Source: a metagenome. From it: a stretch of 13,228 bases of DNA. The notes under the pieces are model-generated. The model saw only the letters and a program-made list of their open reading frames with translations, had not been told where the DNA came from and made no database searches. The first letter of the stretch is position 1. Each line of letters starts with the position of its first letter. Made by a program: the position numbers and the translations under genes. Where the stretch lies: the sequence record Ga0255743_10003138, one strand, 5' to 3'. Positions 1 to 6,266 of the stretch are shown piece by piece.

Positions 1-252
1 GATTAAAACAAGTATTTGTAACACCAGAGACGGATGTATGATCTCACCTACGCGTTCGTCGTTCGCGTCGTTCATGTCGATCGATCGTCCCCAGCAGTGC
101 CCTCGATCGCCGTCAGTCGGTCTATCGCGACCGGTCCAAGCCGGGTACTTTCCATCATCTCGAGCGTGCCGGTTGGTGTGCACCAGAATTTGCACTTTAC
201 GCGGCTACCGGTGTCTTTTTTCTGGTCGCAATTTTCTTAGTTAACGTATTAG

Positions 253-420
253 AATTCGGACATCTGAGTCATATTATAAGTACGTATTTCTGCTTGGTAA
301 AAGTGCATGGAAAACAATTCGGACAGTTGAACCGTATTATAAATTATTCCGCCGTAAATCCAGGGGGATACCGGAACTAAACATTTTCTATAAAAGTCGG
401 ACATTTGACACGTACTTAAG
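253..420. repeat. Three imperfect direct copies of a TCGGACA-NN-TGA...GTA(T)T(T)A(T)AA motif in the AT-rich spacer downstream of the tRNA gene
   Basis: aattcggacatctgagtcatattataagta (253-282), aattcggacagttgaaccgtattataaatt (316-345) and agtcggacatttgacacgtacttaag (395-420). Copies 1 and 2 match at roughly 23 of 30 positions, 63 bp apart. Confidence 0.55.
356..373 (-). repeat. Orphan partial copy of the tRNA-Pro 3' end plus its 3' trailer (not a functional tRNA)
   Basis: aaatccagggggatAccg (356-373) versus aaatccagggggatGccg (439-456): 17 of 18 identical. The second copy covers the last 11 nt of the tRNA and 7 nt of trailer. The first copy has no T-arm partner or 5' half nearby. Confidence 0.6.
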
Positions 421-435
421 AGGAAATAGGCCTAT

Positions 436-441
436 AAAAAA
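436..441 (-). terminator. RNA polymerase III terminator (T6 on the tRNA strand)
   Basis: AAAAAA on the + strand reads TTTTTT on the - strand. It begins 4 nt after the tRNA discriminator base. Confidence 0.65.
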
Positions 442-445
442 TCCA

Positions 446-559
446 GGGGGATGCCGCGAATCGAACGCGGGGCCTCTCCCATGTTCATTCTAGCGCTCTT
501 CAGCGCTGGGTCGTTCGACGAGACCCGAAGGGAGAATCATACCACTAGACCACATCCCC
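446..559 (-). tRNA. tRNA-Pro (anticodon CGG), 72-nt mature body interrupted by a 42-nt intron
   Basis: The reverse complement folds by hand as: acceptor GGGGATG/CATCCCC; D-arm TGGTCTAGTGGTATGAT (near-identical to canonical eukaryotic tRNA-Pro); anticodon stem CTCCC/GGGAG; loop TT-CGG-G[intron]T; variable AGGCC; T-arm CCGCG-TTCGATT-CGCGG; discriminator C. CCA is not encoded. A T6 run lies downstream. Confidence 0.85.
482..523 (-). other. tRNA intron at the canonical 37/38 position
   Basis: There are 49 nt between the two anticodon-stem strands, against 7 expected. The intron TCTCGTCGAACGACCCAGCGCTGAAGAGCGCTAGAATGAACA contains GACCC, complementary to the anticodon-loop GGGTC. It also contains an internal AGCGC-TGAAGA-GCGCT hairpin. 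Confidence 0.75.
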
Positions 560-571
560 GTAGATTGATGG

Positions 572-590
572 GTTTAAGCGGTGCTTAAAC
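572..590. other. Perfect 8-bp inverted repeat with a 3-nt spacer, 13 bp upstream of the tRNA 5' end
   Basis: GTTTAAGC-ggt-GCTTAAAC; every stem position was checked as complementary. Function is unknown. A CAA triplet lies between it and tRNA +1. Confidence 0.4.
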
Positions 591-830
591 ACGCATTTGA
601 CGTGTGGGTAGAATCGTAAAATATTTCGACCCACGAGCTAGGTGAGTGATGCGTAAAGATTCACGGGTGTATTTTGAGTGCCCGTTGGGGACTGTAAATG
701 TATTTTACCACATTGGTGTATGAAATGACGATTTATGAACGATGCATGAAATAAAGAGGTTGTTTTTACAAGGCTTTGTCTCTCGAGAGGGACTCTCTGT
801 GGTTTAGGGAATTCGGGAAACGCCCCATCA

Positions 831-3332
831 TCACGCGGCTTCAGCGTGCTCCTCCTTGGCTTTACGCTTGGCGCGCTTTTTAGCGTTCTTTCGCGCGTTT
901 TTACCGACGCCGCCGCCCGGTGTCGTCGTCGTCGTCGTCGTCGTCGAAGACGTCTTCTTCTTACCAAAGGCTGCGTCGGCGTAGGACGCGGCGCGAGTCT
1001 CAATCTCGAGCTCGTCGTCGTCGTCGTCGTCATTTTTATCGACGACTTTGGATGAGTCACGCAATCTCTTCTTCTTCTTTTTGTCGCCGCCGCGCGCAGA
1101 CGAAGACAGGAACTCTCTAGCCATGCGTCGCGCTCTCGCGCGCTGGTTAGCGTCGATGGTCGCGTCGTTCGCGTCGTCTCTATACGGTGCGAGCTTCTTC
1201 AGACCGACGATTTGATTGAGAGACTTGTCATCCATGGTCAAAATATCGCGCGTCGTGAGACCGAACATCTTCGGAGCAACCTCTTTGTACGCGAACCGCG
1301 TGGGGGTATCGCCGATGAAATCTTCGGCGTCCAACTTGTAATACTCATCCATCTTTGCCATGAGCTCCTTGCGCCACTTTTTCGCCGCTCTCTTGCTATA
1401 TTTGTTTTCCTCGAGAGGAAATTCTTCTTGCTCTGCGGCTTCTTCTTCTTCTTCTTCGTCGTCGTCGCTCAAGTCCTCTTCTTTGTCCTCCGCGTCAGGA
1501 AAGTCGTCGCCCTCAAAGTCGTCGTCCTCCTCGCCGCCAACATCCCCTCCCTCGAGCAGCGTCGCCAATTCATCCTCCAAATCACCAAATTCAGGTTTTT
1601 GTAGTGATCCTCCATCGCCCTCCTCGTCTCCGTAGTAGTCGTCACCGTACATCTTTGCCATGACGGCGTCGTGCGCTTCTGGATCAAACTCTGTCGTCAA
1701 ATCGGTGGCGCCGTGGACGACATCGTCTCGCACGCCGCCGACCGCAGAGATTTGACGCATCTTACTCTCAATCTCTTCGCGCTTGAGATTCTTCAATCGA
1801 CGAACTTCCGCGAGGAGTTTAGCGCGCTCCGACTCTTTGCGCTCCTTGACCTTTTTCCGCTTATCGCGGCGCTTGGTATCCTCTCGGCGAACCAATCCCT
1901 CGATGTGTCTCGAGTGCGACTGTAAGCGGTCCGACCCGGGCTCTTCAAATCTAAAGTTGTACTTGTGCTCGAATTCCTCGGCGCGTTCTAAGAGTGAGGA
2001 TGAAGAAGAGGAGGATGAAGAAGAAGAGGAGGACGACGAAGAGCTCCCGTCGCCGTCGCTGTCGCCGTCGTCGTCCATTTCTCTGCTTCTGTTTCTCTCC
2101 CTCTTTTTCTTCGCCGTACCCTCGTCCGTCTTCATCCACTGTTTTTCCAAGAGATATTCGCGCAAAAACTTATCCTCAGCGCTCAGTTCCCCTCGTTCGC
2201 CTCGCGCGTCGAAATACTTGGACAACTTTTCATTCGCCGCCTTTTGATCGTCCTCGCGAAAAGCCTCCATCTTTTCGGCGCGTCTCTTCACCACCAACCC
2301 ACCATCTTCCTCGACTTCGTCGCCCGAGCCTCCATTTTCGCCATCACTATCGTTACCAAACGCCGCCGCCGCGCTCTTGAACGCCTCCTTGAGCGCGGCT
2401 TGCTCCTCTACGTACGACGGACCGTCGCCCGTCTTCATCGATCGCGCTTCGGCTTCGGCTTCGGCGTCCTCCAACGCCGTGGCGCCTCCTTCCAACAACT
2501 GCGTCGCCGTCACCTCGCGAAGCGTCGCCTTTTTACGTTTCGGTTGTTCTGACTTTTTACCCGCATCATCATCATCCGCGTCGTCTTCGTCCTGAAAGAG
2601 TTTCGTTTCGGCGTCGTAAATCGACGGGTCTCGCTCGCGAATCTTCGTCAAAGCCTCTGCAAACGCCCCATCGAACGCGCGTTCCAAAACCTCCTCCTCA
2701 TCGCTCTCCGTCGCGCTCGAATCATCATCCTCATCATCTTCACCCTCACCGCCATCACCGCCTTCCGCGCCGGATGCCCCGAGCGCCGAAACCGCGTACT
2801 CGCGCTCGAGCTTCGCTTGCAGTCTGTGCATCTCCTTCCTCCGCTCGTTGTGTTCAAACCTCGCCGCGAACGCCTCGTTGATTCGAAGTTTATCCTTGCT
2901 GTTGTTTTTACCGCTCTTCGTCTTAGATTTCTTGTTTCGTTCCGACGACGACGACGACGACGACGACGAATCATCATCGCTCGAGCCGCCGCCGCCTCTG
3001 CTGGACGCACCGCGAACATCATCATCGTCGTCTTCTTCGCTCGACGACGACGACGACGACGACGTCCAGGACGACGAATCCGATCCATCCTCGTCGTCAA
3101 ACATCGCCGTCTTCTTCTTCCCACCGCCTCGCGTCATCGATCCGTTCGGTCGACGTCGCGCTCTCGCGCTCTTCCCCAACCGCCGGGGCCCGGCTCGGCT
3201 CGGCCCGGCCCGGCTCGGCTCGATCGATGACGAAGAAACCGATCGGTACTTTTCACCGTTCACCATCGACGGTCGCACCCTGAAAACCGCGCGATGGTCC
3301 ATCGATCGATCGATCGCGGGTGCCGACCACAT
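831..3332 (-). CDS. KRI1: KRI1-like ribosome-biogenesis (small-subunit processome) protein with long acidic/Ser/Thr low-complexity tracts
   Basis: ATG..TGA ORF of 833 codons. Blocks recognised from yeast/human KRI1: LRINEAFAARFEHNERRKEMHRL, EEFEHKYNFRFEE, and the C-terminal FAYKEVAPKMFGLTTRDILTMDDKSLNQIVGLKKLAPYRD. The start is uncertain, with in-frame ATGs at 3332, 3302, 3266, 3137 and 3104. MTRGGGKKKTAMFDDEDG (3137) looks like the more natural N-terminus. Confidence 0.85.
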   Translation of the reverse strand: MWSAPAIDRSMDHRAVFRVRPSMVNGEKYRSVSSSSIEPSRAGPSRAGPRRLGKSARARRRPNGSMTRGGGKKKTAMFDDEDGSDSSSWTSSSSSSSSEEDDDDDVRGASSRGGGGSSDDDSSSSSSSSSERNKKSKTKSGKNNSKDKLRINEAFAARFEHNERRKEMHRLQAKLEREYAVSALGASGAEGGDGGEGEDDEDDDSSATESDEEEVLERAFDGAFAEALTKIRERDPSIYDAETKLFQDEDDADDDDAGKKSEQPKRKKATLREVTATQLLEGGATALEDAEAEAEARSMKTGDGPSYVEEQAALKEAFKSAAAAFGNDSDGENGGSGDEVEEDGGLVVKRRAEKMEAFREDDQKAANEKLSKYFDARGERGELSAEDKFLREYLLEKQWMKTDEGTAKKKRERNRSREMDDDGDSDGDGSSSSSSSSSSSSSSSSSLLERAEEFEHKYNFRFEEPGSDRLQSHSRHIEGLVRREDTKRRDKRKKVKERKESERAKLLAEVRRLKNLKREEIESKMRQISAVGGVRDDVVHGATDLTTEFDPEAHDAVMAKMYGDDYYGDEEGDGGSLQKPEFGDLEDELATLLEGGDVGGEEDDDFEGDDFPDAEDKEEDLSDDDEEEEEEAAEQEEFPLEENKYSKRAAKKWRKELMAKMDEYYKLDAEDFIGDTPTRFAYKEVAPKMFGLTTRDILTMDDKSLNQIVGLKKLAPYRDDANDATIDANQRARARRMAREFLSSSARGGDKKKKKRLRDSSKVVDKNDDDDDDELEIETRAASYADAAFGKKKTSSTTTTTTTTPGGGVGKNARKNAKKRAKRKAKEEHAEAA
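922..945. repeat. (GTC)8 microsatellite, read as ACG = Thr8 in KRI1
   Basis: gtcgtcgtcgtcgtcgtcgtcgtc; corresponds to SSTTTTTTTTPGG in the protein. Confidence 0.9.
1012..1031. repeat. (TCG)6-type microsatellite, read as GAC = Asp6 in KRI1
   Basis: tcgtcgtcgtcgtcgtcgtc; corresponds to KNDDDDDDELE in the protein. Confidence 0.9.
2943..2969. repeat. (CGA)9 microsatellite, read as TCG = poly-Ser in KRI1
   Basis: cgacgacgacgacgacgacgacgacga; corresponds to DDDSSSSSSSSSERN in the protein. Confidence 0.9.
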
Positions 3333-3608
3333 TACTATGTGTAAACAGTGTGCATGTTATCCAAATTCGTCTGCCTGGCGCCTTGACGGGTCGAACGTTG
3401 CGTCTTCGACGACGACGGCGACGACAGAGACGCGCGTCGACGGACGAACGAACGAACGGAAGAAGGGAGGAACGGTGACTCTCGCGCGAGAACTCGACGC
3501 GCGCGCGGGCGGACGGACGGACGAAGCGGCGTGTCGTTCGTGTGTTCTTCGCGCGTGTTTCTTCCAGAGGAACGTTTTATTGATTTCGACTCGGTTGATC
3601 GTCGCGAC

Positions 3609-5192
3609 ATGGGGAGCTTCCGATCGGCGTTTAGCATGAAGAAGAAGAGGAAGAACGGCGGTGGCGACGATGCCGCTGCTGCTGCTCATGGAACCACCGC
3701 GTTGGCCGCTTCACCAACCACGTCCGGACCGTTCGACGTCGTCGTCGTCGGCGCGGGCGTCGCCGGGGCGAGCCTGGCGTACGCGCTCGGTAAAGAAGGA
3801 CGACGGGTTTTGTGCATTGAACGGGATTTGTCGCAACCGGACCGGATTGTTGGCGAGTTGTTGCAACCTGGGGGATACCTGAAGCTGAAGGATCTCGGGT
3901 TGGAGTCGTGCGTGGAGGGCATCGACGCGCAGAAGGTGTACGGGTACACGATGTTTAAAGACGGCGAAGTGGCGACGATGACGTACCCGCTCGAAGGGCG
4001 TTCGGATGACGTGGCGGGGCGAAGTTTTCACAACGGTAGGTTTGTGCAAAAGCTTCGCGAGGCGGCGATGGCCGTCGACAAGGTTGAGGTGCGCCAAGGG
4101 ACGGTGAAGAAGCTGCTCAACGCTGAGGGTAACGAGTGGAAGGAGGGCGAAGTCGTCGCGGGGGTGTCGTACACCACGGGGGATAAGTGGGACGAGAAGA
4201 GACAAAAAGTGATCGAGGGATCGAGTGAAACCAAGACGGTGTTCGCGCCGCTCACGGTGGTGTGCGATGGGCACTTTAGTAGTTTGAGATCAAAGTTGAG
4301 CCAAGCGGCTCCGGATCACCCGAGTCACTTCGTTGGCTTGATTCTCAAGGGAAAACCGAGCGATTTGTTGCCAAACGGAAACCACGGGCACGTGGTTTTG
4401 GGAAATCCGTCTCCAATTCTCTTTTACCCCATCTCGAGCGAAGAGGTGCGCTGTTTGGTGGACATTCCGTCCTCGGTCAAGATGCCGAGTGTCGCCAAGG
4501 GTGAAATGGCCAAGTACGTGCTCGAGAAGATTGTGCCGCAAATTCCGGAACAACTCAGGCCGCATCTCATCAAGGCGGTCAACGATGGACAATTTAGATC
4601 GATGCCTAACAAGACGATGGCGGCCAAGCCGTCGAGAACCCCCGGGGCGGTGCTCTTGGGTGACGCCTTTAACATGCGTCACCCGCTCACCGGCGGCGGT
4701 ATGACGGTGGCGCTCAACGACATTCACACCTTCAAGTCGATGCTCGACCCGCTTCCGGACTTTTCAGACGGCGAAAGGACGGGCGCCAAGCTGGATGAGT
4801 TTTACCGTCACCGTACGCAACCGGCGCTGACGATTAACACACTCGCCAATGCGCTGTACGCCGTGTTTTGCTCGAGCGGCGACACGAGCATGGAGGAGAT
4901 GCGCCAAGCGTGCTTCGAGTACCTCAAGCTCGGTGGATCCTACGCTCGAGGCCCGATCGCGTTGCTTTCCGGCCTCGATTCCAACCCGCTCAATTTAGTG
5001 AACCACTTTTTCAGCGTCGCGCTCTTTGGCATCGGGAGGCTGTTGGTGCCGCTCCCGACGCCCGAGCGCATCTTCAAGGGTGGTAACATTCTCACTGGCG
5101 CGTGCAAAATAATCTTCCCAATCGTCAAAGGTGAAGGTTTCGCGCGCATGTTCTTCCCGGCGTGGCTCAAGCGACGTCTCGGGGTCATTTAG
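3609..5192 (+). CDS. SQE: Squalene epoxidase / squalene monooxygenase (FAD-dependent, sterol biosynthesis)
   Basis: Contains the dinucleotide-binding fold DVVVVGAGVAGASLAYALGKEGRRVLCIERD. Family-typical blocks are also present: DRIVGELLQPGGYLKLKDLGL, PLTVVCDGHFSSLR and LLGDAFNMRHPLTGGGMTVAL. The tracked ORF start at 3531 is a GTG. The first ATG is at 3609 (MGSFRSAFSMKKK...), so I start the CDS there. Confidence 0.9.
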   Translation: MGSFRSAFSMKKKRKNGGGDDAAAAAHGTTALAASPTTSGPFDVVVVGAGVAGASLAYALGKEGRRVLCIERDLSQPDRIVGELLQPGGYLKLKDLGLESCVEGIDAQKVYGYTMFKDGEVATMTYPLEGRSDDVAGRSFHNGRFVQKLREAAMAVDKVEVRQGTVKKLLNAEGNEWKEGEVVAGVSYTTGDKWDEKRQKVIEGSSETKTVFAPLTVVCDGHFSSLRSKLSQAAPDHPSHFVGLILKGKPSDLLPNGNHGHVVLGNPSPILFYPISSEEVRCLVDIPSSVKMPSVAKGEMAKYVLEKIVPQIPEQLRPHLIKAVNDGQFRSMPNKTMAAKPSRTPGAVLLGDAFNMRHPLTGGGMTVALNDIHTFKSMLDPLPDFSDGERTGAKLDEFYRHRTQPALTINTLANALYAVFCSSGDTSMEEMRQACFEYLKLGGSYARGPIALLSGLDSNPLNLVNHFFSVALFGIGRLLVPLPTPERIFKGGNILTGACKIIFPIVKGEGFARMFFPAWLKRRLGVI

Positions 5193-5299
5193 TTTGTTTG
5201 CGACGATTTATTTTACGGTACCACCACCACCTTCCACCATTAATACTACAAATCTATGTTTAGCCATTTATGCATTCATTCATTCGCTTGCTTACTCAC

Positions 5300-5944
5300 T
5301 CATTCGTCGTACGGATACTCCTCAGGCACGAGCTCGACAAGTTTGACCCTGATGGCAAACTTATTCCCCATCCCGCGTAACGGATCGCCCTCAAAGCTAC
5401 ACGTCGTTCGCATGCGCACCGTCTCGAGCGCGCCTCGAATCGCCCCGCACAGCATGTTACAGTATGCCAACTCCCGGTACCGCGTTGGAAGCTCCACAAA
5501 ATCCGCCAACGGATTATTATCCATCTCAATCACGCACTCGTCCCGTTCCTCGCTCCAATCTCTCGTTCTCGCCGTCGCGTTTAGAAACATCTTCAAACCA
5601 ACCTTTGCCGTCATCTCCATCGCCGCCTCGAACGACGCACACGCCCCGCTCGACGCGTTCGTTCGCGCCAGATACTCCTCGATGATTCTCGTTCCAATAT
5701 TTCGCCCGAGTTGGTCCAGTTTCCCGTTCACCGCCTCGACGTCGTCCTCGTGATCCCGCAGGATTTGTCTCACAAAGGCTCCGTGCGTCAACGCAAACAG
5801 TTCCGAGGATACTTTTTCCATCGAGTTCCACGTCGCCGTCGCCAACACTTCCGCTTTCGTCGTCTTCGAGGAGGTGGTATTCGTCGTCGTCGTCGTCGTC
5901 GAGGTATTCATCGCCGTGGTATTCGTCGTCATCGCGTTGGACAT
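5300..5944 (-). CDS. BET3: TRAPP (transport protein particle) complex subunit BET3/TRAPPC3
   Basis: SSELFALTHGAFVRQIL..., IGTRIIEEYLART, NNPLADFVELP and NMLCGAIRGALETV align by eye along the whole of human TRAPPC3. The first 41 residues are a Thr/Asn-rich extension. The ATG at 5821 (MEKVSSELF) would give a canonical-length protein. Confidence 0.85.
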   Translation of the reverse strand: MSNAMTTNTTAMNTSTTTTTTNTTSSKTTKAEVLATATWNSMEKVSSELFALTHGAFVRQILRDHEDDVEAVNGKLDQLGRNIGTRIIEEYLARTNASSGACASFEAAMEMTAKVGLKMFLNATARTRDWSEERDECVIEMDNNPLADFVELPTRYRELAYCNMLCGAIRGALETVRMRTTCSFEGDPLRGMGNKFAIRVKLVELVPEEYPYDE

Positions 5945-6011
5945 CTTCTTCGCGCGCCGCGGACTCTGCCGCGTCGAACTTTCGAAATCACAGCCGATTC
6001 AAAAGCAGTCA

Positions 6012-6020
6012 AAACCCTAA
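6012..6020 (+). promoter_or_regulatory. Telo-box (AAACCCTAA) in the BET3 / LETM1-like bidirectional promoter
   Basis: Exact AAACCCTAA sits in the AT-rich 322-bp spacer between the divergent start codons at 5944 and 6267. Confidence 0.45.
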
Positions 6021-6141
6021 CACTAAAAGTAAACATATACAAACCACTAGATACGGTAGATAAGTAAGTTACTCGAAACATATAAGCCCAAACCACCAGA
6101 GGTCACGTATAGAACATACTTTTAAATCTATCACATGTAAA

Positions 6142-6150
6142 TAGGGTTTA
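6142..6150 (-). promoter_or_regulatory. Second telo-box core (AAACCCTA) in inverted orientation
   Basis: tagggttta on the + strand reads TAAACCCTA on the - strand. It lies about 130 bp from the first copy in the same spacer. Confidence 0.45.
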
Positions 6151-6266
6151 GAAATCCCACAAAAGATAAAAGGGGTAAATAATCAATCGCAAACCGCGTT
6201 TACTTTTTCGCGACGTCGACGACGACGCGCACCGCAATCGCGCGCGCGTAGGACGGGCTGACGGAC

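Noticed and set aside
1-240. A GC-rich segment containing two overlapping 68-aa + strand ORFs (34-240, 38-244). A possible - strand first exon is also present: ATG at 75-73, MNDANDERV, then GTGAGA at 47-42, or open reading to the window edge.
   Set aside because: No recognisable motifs. The + strand frame 1 is closed by TAA at 4-6. The - strand candidate is only about 9-25 codons before leaving the window. It may be UTR or the first exon of an off-window gene, but I cannot support a call.
826-836. GTGATGA (a C-box-like heptamer) on the - strand, suggesting a C/D snoRNA next to the tRNA.
   Set aside because: It is simply the KRI1 stop region (gcg TGA TGA). No D box (CTGA) or terminal stem sits at a suitable distance.
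638-1060. A 140-aa - strand ORF overlapping the KRI1 3' end and running into the AT-rich spacer.
   Set aside because: It is out of frame with the well-supported KRI1 CDS, it is Arg/Thr low-complexity produced by the GTC microsatellite, and it has no family resemblance.
3531-3608. An N-terminal extension of squalene epoxidase from the tracked ORF start.
   Set aside because: Position 3531 is GTG, not ATG. The first ATG is at 3609, and the conserved FAD-binding fold follows at a normal distance from it.
2848-3639. A 263-aa + strand ORF, plus many other long ORFs antisense to or out of frame with the called genes (for example 1783-2247, 2648-3124, 3711-4274, 6200-6655, 7103-7579, 7410-7802, 11321-11785, 12341-12853, 12567-13088).
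   Set aside because: These are typical stop-poor shadow frames of GC-rich coding DNA. They are Arg/Ser/Pro/Ala/Gly-rich with no motifs, and each lies fully inside a gene with strong family evidence in another frame.
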